From Candidatus Polarisedimenticolia bacterium (GTDB lineage Bacteria; Acidobacteriota; Polarisedimenticolia; Gp22-AA2; AA152), in assembly GCA_036004685.1 (NCBI GenBank), contig DASYRE010000024.1, forward strand, positions 64,234 through 128,233: DNA of 64,000 nucleotides. Reading direction: 5' to 3'. Under the pieces are notes generated by a model. It was not told the DNA's origin. It worked only from the letters and a program-made list of their open reading frames with translations, and made no database searches. This document shows, in pieces, positions 37,895-47,415 of this stretch. Within the stretch, counting starts at the first letter, position 1. Every line of letters starts with the position of its first letter. The position numbers and the translations under genes were made by a program.

Positions 37895-39214
37895 TCAATA
37901 GGACAGGAGCGCGGGTGCGCCGTTCGAAGAGGGGCCGCCGCAGCGGGGCGGCGCGTCCGGGCCGTCCGCCGACAGGAGATTGGCGCGGGAGAGCCTCTCC
38001 GGAAGATCGGCGATGCCGAACGCCGCCAGCGCCACCACCAACGCCGAGTGCTGGATCGCCTCCAGATCGAGCGCGTCCAACGTGTCGAACTCGGTGTGGT
38101 GCGTGCGTGCATAGTCGGCCCGGCCCTCCTGCTCGAAGATGAAGGCCGGCACGCCGGCGCGCAGGAAGACCGTGTGGTCGCTGGCGCAGCCGCCCGCGCC
38201 CGCGTTCGGGGCTTGCCGCGCGCAGGCCGACGAGCCGCAGGGAGCTTTCCCTAAGCCCGGCGCCTCGGAGCACGAGGGGCCGGGAGGGGCGTCGGCCCGC
38301 GGCGCCGTCGCGCACGAGGCTTTCGAAGCCTTGGTGCAGGATGGCTCGGGGGGCCGCGCGCCCGCGCGTTCGCTCGCGCCGGAGTCGCCCGCCGGGCGGC
38401 AGGAAGAGCCGGTCTCGCGGGAGTGGGTGGCGCCGTCGCTGCAGCAGTCCGACGGGAGCGCGAATGAAGCGACGGTGGTCAACGTGAAGCTCCGCGAGGC
38501 GTCGAGGCGGGACAGCACGGCAAGGGCCTCGGAGAGATCGGGGCGCATCGCCTCCGTGGCGACGAGCCCGGAGATCGGGTTGGTTCCGGCATCCATGTTG
38601 AGAAAGGCCGAGGTCTTCGCGAGCACCTCGGGGTGGCTCTCCACGTACGCCTTCGCCCCCAACAGCCCCTGCTCCTCGCCCGTGAAGAGGATGAAGCGGA
38701 TCGTCCGCGCCGGCCTCACGCCCGAAGCCCGCAACGACCGGGCGGCCTCGAGGATCGCCGCGCACCCCGCGGCATTGTCGGTCGCGCCTTGGGCGAAGTC
38801 CCAGGAATCCAGGTGCGCCCCGACGAGCACCAGCTCGTCGGACTTGGCGCTGCCGCGAATCTCGCCCACCACGTTGTGCACCGCCAGCGCCCGCGGCCCC
38901 GGCCGCTTGGCGAAGCCCTTGCCCGCCTGGTAGACGCCCCACTTCTCGAGGCGGACGTTCTCCAGACCCATCCGCTCGAATTCGTCGCGCGCCCAACGCT
39001 CGGCGATCGCCAGGTTCTTCGTGCCGGTGAGCCGCGGCCCGATCTCGCCCGCCAGATGCCGCGCGAAGGTCCCCGCGCTGGCGCCGCCCCGGGCGGCGGC
39101 CACGATGCGCTCCCTATCCGCCGCCGGCGCCATGCCTCCCGAAGCTTCGAGCCGATTCGCCGCGCCGGCGACCAGGAGCAGCAGTGCCGTCGCCAGTTCC
39201 ATCCTTCTCCGCAT
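37895..39214 (-). CDS. M28-family peptidase (aminopeptidase), secreted, with a Cys/Ser/Ala-rich low-complexity insertion
   Basis: Signal peptide. M28 motifs GAHLDSW, GATDNAAGCAAILEAAR, RTIRFILFTGEEQGLLGAKAY, NMDAG, ASDHTVF. An extra ~90-aa insert (SDCCSDGATHSRETGSSCRPAGDSG...CGSSACARQAPNAGAGGC) sits between NMDAG and the SDH motif. Confidence 0.8.
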   Translation of the reverse strand: MRRRMELATALLLLVAGAANRLEASGGMAPAADRERIVAAARGGASAGTFARHLAGEIGPRLTGTKNLAIAERWARDEFERMGLENVRLEKWGVYQAGKGFAKRPGPRALAVHNVVGEIRGSAKSDELVLVGAHLDSWDFAQGATDNAAGCAAILEAARSLRASGVRPARTIRFILFTGEEQGLLGAKAYVESHPEVLAKTSAFLNMDAGTNPISGLVATEAMRPDLSEALAVLSRLDASRSFTLTTVASFALPSDCCSDGATHSRETGSSCRPAGDSGASERAGARPPEPSCTKASKASCATAPRADAPPGPSCSEAPGLGKAPCGSSACARQAPNAGAGGCASDHTVFLRAGVPAFIFEQEGRADYARTHHTEFDTLDALDLEAIQHSALVVALAAFGIADLPERLSRANLLSADGPDAPPRCGGPSSNGAPALLSY

Positions 39215-39332
39215 CGGTCCTCCTTGTCTCGTCGAGTCGTTGATCGGCCAACCCTCCGGAACCGCTGGGACGAGCTTCCCCGCCGCCGACTCATGCGTCG
39301 GATGCGCGCCCCACGATGAGGGGAAAGTGCTG

Positions 39333-40637
39333 TTATTTACGGGGTTTCGTCGCCCGCACGAAAGCGCTCATGAACGCGCCGTCAAGCCGCGCGAGGGTTT
39401 CCGGATCGGGCGCCGCCTTGGCCGTGATCGCTTTGGCGTCCCGCGCGGTGTAGACGCGCGTCGGCACGACCTCGACGTCCTCGAAGCCCGCCTGGCGCAG
39501 AAGATCGCGATACGTCCACTCCTCCAAGGCGCCGGCGACGCAACCGGCCCACAGCTCCGCGTTGCGGCGTATCTCGGCCGGGACCGGGCGGCGCACGACG
39601 ATGTCGCTGACCGCGAAGCGGCCTCCGGGCTTGAGGACGCGGAAGGCTTCTTTCAGGACGCGGCCCTTGTCCGCCGAGAGGTTGATCACGCAGTTGGAGA
39701 GGACGACGTCGACCGACGAGTCGGGCAGCGGCAGCGCCTCGATCTCCCCCTTGAGGAACTCGACGTTGTCGACTCCCGCCTGGCGCTGGTTCTCGCGGGC
39801 CAGCTCCAGCATCTCGTCGGTCATGTCGAGCCCGTAGGCCTTGCCGCTCCGGCCGACGCGGCGCGCGGAAAGGAGAACGTCGATGCCCCCGCCGGAGCCG
39901 AGGTCGAGCACGGTCTCGCCTTCGCGCAATTCGGCGAGCAGCGCCGGATTCCCGCAGCCCAGGGAAGCGCGGACGGCTTCCTCCGGCAGGTCCTGCAGCT
40001 CCGCCGCCTCATAAAGGCCCGAGGTGATGGGGTCGCCGGCGCCGCAGGAGGCGCCGCAGCAGGCGCTCTTGCCGGCGCGGGCCTCGCGCGCCGCGCGCGC
40101 GTAGTGGTCGCGCACTGCCTCGCGCAGGCCGCCGGCGGCAGTCAGGGGCGCGGCGGACCGCTCGCTCTCGTAGCGCATGAGCACCGCGCTGGACGGGCAC
40201 AGGTCGGTGAACTGGCTGCTGGCCCGAATCTCGGGCGGCGCGGCGTCGCGATCCAGGCTCCTGAACCCATGGCGCGAAAAATAGCGCTCGGCGTTCATGG
40301 TGAGGAGGTAGAGCGATTCGATGCCGTGCCGGCGGGACCAGGCGATCCGCTCGCCCACCAGCGCCGCGCCCAGCCCCGAGCGCCGCATCGACGGGGCGAC
40401 CGCGACCGAGCGGAGGAGGCCCAGCCGGCCGTGCCGCTCCACTCCGGCCACGCCGACCAGATCGCCCTCCCTCTCGGCGACCACGTAGCGCTCGTCCAAC
40501 TGATCGGCGAGCCCCTCCGCCGGAAGGTCACAGCTCCTCATGAGCGCCCGCGCCGCCTCCAGGTCCTCGGCGCGCGCCGTCCGCAGAGCCCACGATGCCG
40601 GGGATTGCTCCGCGCGCTTCAGCCACTTCGCCGTCAT
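39333..40637 (-). CDS. arsM: GNAT N-acetyltransferase (ArsN-like) fused to arsenite S-adenosylmethionine methyltransferase ArsM
   Basis: Start ATG 40637 with GAGGTGG RBS. N-terminal GNAT (RRSGLGAALVGERIAWSRRHGIESLYLLTMNAERYFSRHGF). C-terminal ArsM: CCGASCGAG, LGCGNPALLAELREGETVLDLGSGGGIDVLLSA, VLSNCVINLSADK, FRVLKPGGRFAVSDIV and the conserved As(III)-binding cysteines. Confidence 0.85.
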   Translation of the reverse strand: MTAKWLKRAEQSPASWALRTARAEDLEAARALMRSCDLPAEGLADQLDERYVVAEREGDLVGVAGVERHGRLGLLRSVAVAPSMRRSGLGAALVGERIAWSRRHGIESLYLLTMNAERYFSRHGFRSLDRDAAPPEIRASSQFTDLCPSSAVLMRYESERSAAPLTAAGGLREAVRDHYARAAREARAGKSACCGASCGAGDPITSGLYEAAELQDLPEEAVRASLGCGNPALLAELREGETVLDLGSGGGIDVLLSARRVGRSGKAYGLDMTDEMLELARENQRQAGVDNVEFLKGEIEALPLPDSSVDVVLSNCVINLSADKGRVLKEAFRVLKPGGRFAVSDIVVRRPVPAEIRRNAELWAGCVAGALEEWTYRDLLRQAGFEDVEVVPTRVYTARDAKAITAKAAPDPETLARLDGAFMSAFVRATKPRK

Positions 40638-40690
40638 GATCCCACCTCGCTGAATGTAGATGTTAGTAACAACAGTGTGGTCGAAAAAAA

Positions 40691-41197
40691 TCACTCCCCG
40701 TCGGGGGCGCAGCAGGAGGCGTTGCGCCCGATGCGCGCCGCGGCCACCCGGGCCAGATCCCGCACCACGCCGATGGCCGCGCGCCGCACCTCCGGCTCCA
40801 GGTTGGCGATGACGCCGCGCTCCTCGGCGAGCAGCTCACGCTCGATCCGATCGTGCAGGACGCGACCTTTCGCCGTGAGATCGATGAGGATGGCGCGGGC
40901 ATCCTGCGGGTGCGACGAGCGGCGCACGTAGCCCTTGCGCTCCAGCGTCTCGATCACGCGGCTTGCGGTGCTCTTGTCGAGCAGCAAATCCCTGGCCAGC
41001 GCCCCGAGGGTCATGGAGCCGCCGCGCGTGAGCGTCTGGAGGGCGTAGCATTGGGTCACCGACACGTCGTGGCAGCAGATCACGTTCCGGTCGCGGAACT
41101 GATAAAGGCGGACGAGGTCGGTGAGCGCGGCGTACAGGTCGCGCGTGTCCCGATCCAGCGCCGGGTCGCGAGCCAGACTTGCAGGGGCGGTCGGCAT
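40691..41197 (-). CDS. MarR-family transcriptional regulator with vicinal cysteine pairs (candidate metalloid sensor)
   Basis: Start ATG 41197 (MPTAPASLARD...). Winged HTH MarR core (LTRGGSMTLGALARDLLLDKSTASRVIETLERKGYVRRSSHPQDARAILIDLTAKG). CC at the HTH N-cap (VICCHDVSVTQC) and at the C-terminus (NASCCAPDGE). Directly upstream of the arsM fusion. Confidence 0.75.
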   Translation of the reverse strand: MPTAPASLARDPALDRDTRDLYAALTDLVRLYQFRDRNVICCHDVSVTQCYALQTLTRGGSMTLGALARDLLLDKSTASRVIETLERKGYVRRSSHPQDARAILIDLTAKGRVLHDRIERELLAEERGVIANLEPEVRRAAIGVVRDLARVAAARIGRNASCCAPDGE

Positions 41198-41212
41198 GAA
41201 GCCTCTCCGATA

Positions 41213-41227
41213 GTTGTCGCTGACAAC
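41213..41227. promoter_or_regulatory. candidate MarR operator (perfect inverted repeat GTTGTC-GCT-GACAAC)
   Basis: 6-bp arms with 3-bp spacer, 16-30 nt upstream of the MarR start codon, in the divergent intergenic region 41198..41396. Confidence 0.35.
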
Positions 41228-41396
41228 ATTACGGCCAAGGAAGCGGGGCGTCAAGTCCTTTTTTTGGCGAATCCGCCGGGCGCCCGCGGGCGTAGGCTCG
41301 TCTCTGCGTATCAAGGCTTGAGGTTCCAGAACAGGTCCATGGCCCAGAAGGAAAAGGGCTCAAGACGCCGGGCGTTTCTCATTCCGAGGAGACACC

Positions 41397-41885
41397 ATGA
41401 AAGCGATCGGTTTGTTGCTGGGGCTGATTCTCCCCGTGGCGACCCAAGGACCGTCGTCCGAGTCCGGGGTGGAGTGGCCGTTCAAGTCCGCCTCGGGGGC
41501 TTTTTTCGCGCTTTCGGTCGCCGATTTGCGGGCCAGCTCCCGGTGGTACTCGGAGATGCTGGGCCTCAGAATCGTGACGGAGACCCCGAAGCAGGACAAG
41601 GCGGCTGTCGTAGTCCTCGGGGGGGAGGACTCCCCGTCGAGCTGATGCAGCTCGACGGGGCTTTGCCGTCGAGCAAGGTGTCGCCGAGCCTGCCAGGAGC
41701 GCAATCGGTTCACGGCATCTTCAAAGCCGGGCTGTTCGTGGAAGATTTCGAGGGCACCCTCGCAAAGCTCAGGTCACGAGGCGTTCGAAATCGCCTACGG
41801 GCCGTTCCCGGCGCGCGGCAACCAGCGAGCGAACGTCGTCGTTCGGGACAACTCGGGGAACCTGCTCCAGTTCTTTGGCAGGTAG
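41397..41885 (+). pseudogene. secreted VOC-family (glyoxalase-fold) protein interrupted by two compensating frameshifts
   Basis: Frame 0: MKAIGLLLGLILPVATQG...AAVVVLGG, up to the G7 run at 41619-41625. Middle part only reads in frame +2 (GLPVELMQLDGALPSSKVSPSLPGAQSVHGIFKAGLFVEDFEGTLAKLRSRGV). Returns to frame 0 near 41783-41787 (EIAYGPFPARGNQRANVVVRDNSGNLLQFFGR, stop 41883-41885). Adding one G to the run and removing one base near 41785 gives a continuous ~162-aa VOC protein. Confidence 0.6.
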
Positions 41886-42074
41886 GTGCGGGTCGTCGCG
41901 GGGTTTGGCTAGGGTTGTGTCTCAGAAATTGACGTTAACATCGAGGCCGTCGAGGCGCCCGGATTGCAAGGCGCGCCGAAGTGCCGCGTACCCATGTGGT
42001 ACGCAAGCAAGGCGCAACGCAGCAAGCCGGGATGGACCGACGGCCGAATGTAACGGGATTTCGGAGACGCGACC

Positions 42075-44114
42075 CTAGACCGAGAACTCCTCCGGCTTCC
42101 AGGCAAGGCCGAGCTCGGCCGGGGAGGCGATGTAGCCGAGCAGTGCCGAAGCGGCGACCACCTGAGGGGAGGCGAGGTACCCTTCGCCTCCGACCCCCAT
42201 GCGATTCTGCCAGTTGCGATTGAAGGAGGTGACGGCGCGCTCGCCGGGGCGGAGGGCGTCCGGCCCCTGGCCGAAGCAGGGACCGCACCACGACTCCCGA
42301 ATTTTTCCACCGACGCTCCGGAAGACGGAGGCGATCGATTCGCCGGCCAGGCGCGGGTCGGGGTTCTCGATCCGCTTTCTGACCAGGCCGCTCCCGGGAA
42401 AGATCACGAACTCGGCGTCGGGCGCGATCTGGACGGCTCCCGTCTGCCGCGCGGCGCGGATGACGAGCGCCGCCCCCAGGAGATCCTCGTAGCCGCCGTT
42501 GGTGCAGGAGCCGATGAACGCCTTGTCGAACCGGATGCGCTCGCGCGCCACCTCGTCGGCGGGATAGGCGTTGCCGGGGCTGTAGGGTTTGGCGACCATC
42601 GGGACGACCCCGGACAGATCGAGGGTCTCGTCGATTTCGTACCGGGCGTCGTCCCCGGGGCGCACGGGCGGGTAGGGAAGCTCGATCCCCCGTTCCCGGA
42701 ACCAGGCGGTCGTGATCCCGTCCGGCGAGAAAATCCCGTTCTGCGCCTCCGCCTCGGCCATCATGTTGGCGATGGTGTTGCGGTACGGGATCGGCAGCTG
42801 GCCGTTGCGATCCACGAATTCGACGCCCATGCCGCGGGACTGCGGAGCGCCCCAACGCCTAAGCAGCTCGAGAACGACGTCTTTCCCGTTGACCCACGGT
42901 TGGAGGCGGCCGCTGAAGACGACGCGCCGCTGGGGCGCGAGGGTGAAATAGATCGATCCGGTGGCCCAGCCGTAACCGAGCGTCGTGCTCCCGACGCCGA
43001 TCCCCACGGCCCCATAAGCGCCGTAGGCGCGGCTGTGCGAGTCGGCCCCCGGATAGAAGCCTCCGGGGACGATCAAGCCCTGCTCCGGAAAATAGAAGTG
43101 GAAAATCCCGTCTCCCGGAGTGGCGAAGTAGGGCGGCTCGATCCCGTGAAGCTTCGCGAACTCCCGGGAGATCGAGGTCTGCCTCTCATCGGCCTCCTTC
43201 CCGGTGAACACGAAATGATCGCTCGCGAAGGCGGCCTGCCGCGGGTCGATCGCGTCGCCCCCCGTGATCCGGTTGAAGGTGTAGATGGCGAACGGCCCCG
43301 TGCCGTCGGAAGCGGGGAGGAGATCGGCGTAGAGCCGCAGGGTCTCCCGCGGCGCGACCTTGGCGCGCCGGTCGACGCGGTGCGCCCAGACGATCTGCTC
43401 CGTCGTCGTCATCCGGCGCCCCGTCTCCGGATCGGGAAACTCCACGCTCGGGACGGTCCGGAGCGATTCGAGAAAGTCCCGGCGCCCCACGGTGAAGATC
43501 CCGCCGCCGCGCCGGATCTCCTCCTCCCGATCGGTCAAGGGCGCCACCCGGTACGTCCTGCCCCGCGTCACGTTCCGCAGCTCGCGGGTCTCGGTGTCGA
43601 ACGAGAATTCGTCGCCGTCCCGCGCCTCCTCCACCGCCTCACGGCTCTGGACGACGTGCAGGCCGAGGTTCAAGGCGTTCTTCCGGAAGATGTCCCCCAT
43701 ATTCTCGCCGCAGACGATCACCAGCTCGCGCCCGGCCTCTTCCGCCACCCCCTTCAGGCCCGCCGGCGACATCTCCCGCGAGGAGCCAATCGCGAAGCGG
43801 TCGCCGGCGATGAGAAACGTCTCCCCCCGGCGGACGCGCTCGCGGAAATCGGGCATCAGGTGCCGGAAGGATCCCGCCTTCCATCGCGCGTCCAGCGTCT
43901 CGAGACTCTCCGAGACGCAATCGGCGGAGGGCGTGATTTGGTCGGTGTCGATGGCGTCGCGCTTCATTCCCGGGCGGGCCGGATCCCAGAAAATGAGAGC
44001 TTTCCCGGTGACCCGGCGCCGCGGATCGGCGGCGGCAGCCTGCCCCGCAGACGCCGAGGCGATCGCCTCGGCGGTCATCCCGGGTTTGAAGCGAGGAGGT
44101 CGGATCGGCGTCAC
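42075..44114 (-). CDS. aconitase-family hydro-lyase with N-terminal swivel (LeuD-like) domain fused to catalytic (LeuC-like) domains
   Basis: Swivel motif GMKRDAIDTDQITPS near the N-terminus. Catalytic motifs PGADSHS, IGSCTNGGYEDL, SWCGPCFGQG (Fe-S Cys ligands). Domain order resembles AcnB without the HEAT domain. Confidence 0.85.
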   Translation of the reverse strand: MTPIRPPRFKPGMTAEAIASASAGQAAAADPRRRVTGKALIFWDPARPGMKRDAIDTDQITPSADCVSESLETLDARWKAGSFRHLMPDFRERVRRGETFLIAGDRFAIGSSREMSPAGLKGVAEEAGRELVIVCGENMGDIFRKNALNLGLHVVQSREAVEEARDGDEFSFDTETRELRNVTRGRTYRVAPLTDREEEIRRGGGIFTVGRRDFLESLRTVPSVEFPDPETGRRMTTTEQIVWAHRVDRRAKVAPRETLRLYADLLPASDGTGPFAIYTFNRITGGDAIDPRQAAFASDHFVFTGKEADERQTSISREFAKLHGIEPPYFATPGDGIFHFYFPEQGLIVPGGFYPGADSHSRAYGAYGAVGIGVGSTTLGYGWATGSIYFTLAPQRRVVFSGRLQPWVNGKDVVLELLRRWGAPQSRGMGVEFVDRNGQLPIPYRNTIANMMAEAEAQNGIFSPDGITTAWFRERGIELPYPPVRPGDDARYEIDETLDLSGVVPMVAKPYSPGNAYPADEVARERIRFDKAFIGSCTNGGYEDLLGAALVIRAARQTGAVQIAPDAEFVIFPGSGLVRKRIENPDPRLAGESIASVFRSVGGKIRESWCGPCFGQGPDALRPGERAVTSFNRNWQNRMGVGGEGYLASPQVVAASALLGYIASPAELGLAWKPEEFSV

Positions 44115-44245
44115 TTCAGTCTCCCTAACGTCACAATCATCTTATCAGAGGCCGGGCGGCCGCGATGGGCGGGGGTGCATCGAGCGGGGAGCGGTGGTAG
44201 AGTAATCTTCGCCCCGGCGCCCGGCCGCGGGCGGAGACGGCGCTG

Positions 44246-45361
44246 ATGCAGAGCTTCCGAGTCGGGAAGATCCTCGGCATACCCGTCGGGGTGAATGCCT
44301 CCTGGTTCATCATCTTCATCCTGATCACCCTGTCGCTCACCACCCAGTACGCCTACCTCCATCCCGCCTGGACGGGCCCGCAGCACTTCGGCTTCGGCAT
44401 CGTGACGAGCCTGCTGTTCTTCGGCTCGGTGCTGCTGCACGAGGTGGGGCACTGCGTCGTGGCGCTCCATTTCGGCATTCCGGTCAAGTCGATCACGCTG
44501 TTCATCTTCGGCGGCGTCGCCCAGATCACGCGCGAGCCGGAGCGGCCCGCCCAGGAGTTCCAGATCGCGGCGGCCGGCCCGGCGGTGAGCGCCGCCCTCG
44601 GACTCTTCTTCTACACCATCTACTTCCTGACGCGGGACGACTTCGAAGGGGTGGCCTTTCTCGGGCAGTGGCTCGGGACGATCAACCTGTATCTGGCCCT
44701 GTTCAACCTGATCCCCGGGATGCCGCTCGACGGGGGACGGGTGTTCCGGGCGCTGGTCTGGAGGTTCACCGGGAGCTTCGAGCGGGCCACGGACGTCGCG
44801 GTCGCGTCGGGCCAGATGTTCGCCTACGGCATGATCATCTACGGAGGGTGGCGGGCTTTCTACGCCCAGAAGCTGCTGGAAGGCTTGTGGATCGGCTTCA
44901 TCGGATGGTTCCTCCTCACGGCTGCGCAGACCACCGCCGCGCAGGTGAGCTTCCGGCGGGCGCTCCGGGGCATCCGCGCCGAGGACCTCATGACGCGGGA
45001 GTGCCTCGAGGTTCCGGGGTCGCTCAGCGTCGCCGAGCTGGTGGAGCACCACCTCCTGCGCGGCGGGGCGCGATGCGCCCTGATCACTGACGGCGATCGG
45101 CTGCGCGGCCTGCTCACGCTCCACGAGATCAAGAAGATCCCGCGCCAGGAATGGGAGACGACCTCGCTGCAGGCGGTGATGGTCCCGGAGGAGAGCCTGA
45201 AGAAGGCCGCTCCCGAGACTCCCGTCCATCAGGTCCTGCAGATGATGATCGAAGGGAACATCGGGCAGGTGCCGGTCGTGAAGGACGGCAAGGTGATGGG
45301 CGTCGTCGGGCGGGACCGGCTTCTCGCCCTCGTCGAGAACCGGCTGGAGCTGAAGACGTGA
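44246..45361 (+). CDS. site-2 protease family (M50) zinc metalloprotease with C-terminal CBS pair
   Basis: HEVGHC (HExxH) in a TM helix. LDGG motif (GMPLDGGRVFRAL). C-terminal CBS domains (GNIGQVPVVKDGKVMGVVGRDRLL). Confidence 0.85.
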   Translation: MQSFRVGKILGIPVGVNASWFIIFILITLSLTTQYAYLHPAWTGPQHFGFGIVTSLLFFGSVLLHEVGHCVVALHFGIPVKSITLFIFGGVAQITREPERPAQEFQIAAAGPAVSAALGLFFYTIYFLTRDDFEGVAFLGQWLGTINLYLALFNLIPGMPLDGGRVFRALVWRFTGSFERATDVAVASGQMFAYGMIIYGGWRAFYAQKLLEGLWIGFIGWFLLTAAQTTAAQVSFRRALRGIRAEDLMTRECLEVPGSLSVAELVEHHLLRGGARCALITDGDRLRGLLTLHEIKKIPRQEWETTSLQAVMVPEESLKKAAPETPVHQVLQMMIEGNIGQVPVVKDGKVMGVVGRDRLLALVENRLELKT

Positions 45362-45458
45362 GGGCGCCCGGGGCTCGCGGAGGGCGTTCGACCGGGGGTG
45401 ATAGAATGCCGCGAAGGCTTCCGCTCTCTCTGCTCATCGATCCAGGAGACGACCTGAC

Positions 45459-47357
45459 ATGAGTGTTTCCGACGCGCCGCGTCCGCCGACCGCCAGCGAA
45501 ATCGAGGCGCGCCGGGTCGCCGAAGAGGCCCGGGAAGTGGAATGGCGCAAGCCTTCCTTCCTCAAGGAGCTGTTCCTCGGCAACTTCCGGCTCGACCTGA
45601 TTCATCCCTTCCCGGACGCCGGGCGCGCCCCGCGCCCGGAATACCAGGAGTTCTACGGGAAAATGGAGCGCTTCCTCCGGGAGAAAGTCGACCCGGATCG
45701 GATCGATCGGGAGGGGAAGGTCCCGCCGGAGGTGGTCGAAGGCCTCAAGGCGCTCGGCGCCTTCGGCATGAAGATCCCGAAGGAATACGGCGGCCTGGGC
45801 TTCACGCAGGTGGAGTACAGCCGGATCATGCAGATGGTGACCAGCCATGACGGCAACGTCACGGCGCTGCTGTCGGCGCATCAGTCGATCGGCGTGCCGC
45901 AGCCGTTGAAGCTCTTCGGGACGCCGGAGCAGAAGAAGAAGTACTTCCCCCGCCTCGCGGCCGGTGCCATCTCCGCCTTCGCGCTCACCGAGCACGACGT
46001 GGGATCCGATCCCGCGAAGCTCTCGACCACCGTCCAGAAGACCGAGGACGGGAGCACCTACATCCTGAACGGGGAGAAGCTCTGGTGCACGAACGGGACG
46101 GTGGCCGAGCTCCTGGTGGTCATGGCGCGCCATCCCGAGAACCGCAAGATCTCCGCCTTCATCGTGGAGACCGCCTGGCCGGGCGTCGAGATGATCCACC
46201 GGTGCGAGTTCATGGGACTCAAGGGGATCGAGAACGGCGTCCTCCGGTTCACGAACGTGCAGGTCCCGCGCGAGAACCTCCTCTGGGAAGAGGGGCGCGG
46301 GCTCAAGCTGGCGCTGGTCACGCTGAACACCGGCCGGCTCACCCTGCCGGCCTCGGTGGCGGGCGTGGCCAAGGTCTGCGTCGGGATCTGCCGCGACTGG
46401 GCCGGCAAGCGCGTCCAATGGGGGCAGCCGGTCGGCAAGCACGAGGCGATCGCGCAGATTCTCGCCGACATGGCCGCCGCCGCGTTCGCCATGGAGTCGG
46501 TCTCCGAGCTCTCCTCCCAGATGGCCGACCGGGGAGGCTACGATATCCGGCTCGAGGCGGCGGTGGCGAAGATGTGGAACACCGAGACGGGATGGGAGGT
46601 CGTCGATCGCACGCTCCAGGTCCGCGGGGGGCGCGGATACGAGACGGCCGACTCCTTAAGGGGCCGGGGAGACGAGCCCATCCCGGTGGAACGGATCATG
46701 CGGGACTACCGGATCAACCTGATCTTCGAAGGGTCCAGCGAGATCATGCGGCTGTTCATCGCCCGCGAAGCCCTCGATCGGCATCTGGCGGTGGCCGGGA
46801 CGCTCGTCGATCCGAAGGCCCCGGCCGGCAAGAAGCTCGCGAGCCTTCCCAAGGTTGTCGCCTTCTACGCCGGGTGGTACCCGACCCGCTGGCTGGGGTG
46901 GGGGCACTTCCCCCGCTACTCCGAGTTCGGCCGGCTGGCGACGCACGTGCGCTACGTGGATCGCGCGAGCCGCCGGCTGGCGCGCAACCTGTTCCACGCC
47001 ATGATCGTCTACGGCGCGCGGCTGGAGAAGAAGCAGGCGCTGCTGTTCCGGGCGGTGGACGTGGGCGCGGATCTCTTCGCCATGGCGGCGGCCCTGTCGC
47101 GCGCCCGGGCGCTCTCGGCCTCGGGATCGGACGCCGGGCGCGACGCCGAGGTCCTCGCCGATCTCTTCTGCCGCAACGCCCGACGCAGGATCGCGCAGAA
47201 CTTCCGCGCCATCTGGCGCAACGACGACGCCGCCAAATACCGCGTCTCCCGGGAAGTCCTCGCGGGCCGGTACGGCTGGCTCGAAGAGGGTGCCCTCGCG
47301 CCGGACTTCTCCCGTGCGGCGCCGGAAGCGGCCGAGCGAGAGCGCGAAGTCTCTTGA
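45459..47357 (+). CDS. acyl-CoA dehydrogenase family protein
   Basis: ACAD N-terminal, middle ([25 protein letters not shown]) and C-terminal ([11 protein letters not shown]...[22 protein letters not shown]) domains. Confidence 0.9.
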   Translation: MSVSDAPRPPTASEIEARRVAEEAREVEWRKPSFLKELFLGNFRLDLIHPFPDAGRAPRPEYQEFYGKMERFLREKVDPDRIDREGKVPPEVVEGLKALGAFGMKIPKEYGGLGFTQVEYSRIMQMVTSHDGNVTALLSAHQSIGVPQPLKLFGTPEQKKKYFPRLAAGAISAFALTEHDVGSDPAKLSTTVQKTEDGSTYILNGEKLWCTNGTVAELLVVMARHPENRKISAFIVETAWPGVEMIHRCEFMGLKGIENGVLRFTNVQVPRENLLWEEGRGLKLALVTLNTGRLTLPASVAGVAKVCVGICRDWAGKRVQWGQPVGKHEAIAQILADMAAAAFAMESVSELSSQMADRGGYDIRLEAAVAKMWNTETGWEVVDRTLQVRGGRGYETADSLRGRGDEPIPVERIMRDYRINLIFEGSSEIMRLFIAREALDRHLAVAGTLVDPKAPAGKKLASLPKVVAFYAGWYPTRWLGWGHFPRYSEFGRLATHVRYVDRASRRLARNLFHAMIVYGARLEKKQALLFRAVDVGADLFAMAAALSRARALSASGSDAGRDAEVLADLFCRNARRRIAQNFRAIWRNDDAAKYRVSREVLAGRYGWLEEGALAPDFSRAAPEAAEREREVS

Positions 47358-47377
47358 AAGTTTGGCTCGCCTAAATT
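47358..47377. promoter_or_regulatory. candidate DtxR/MntR-type operator upstream of the mntR-mntH genes
   Basis: AGTTTGGC-TC-GCCTAAAT imperfect palindrome (6/8 symmetric) containing the CCTAA / TTTGG half-site cores of DtxR-family boxes. ~40 nt upstream of the mntR start. Confidence 0.3.
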
Positions 47378-47415
47378 ATTGTTTCCATCCGCCGAACAAT
47401 GATACACTCCGCCCG

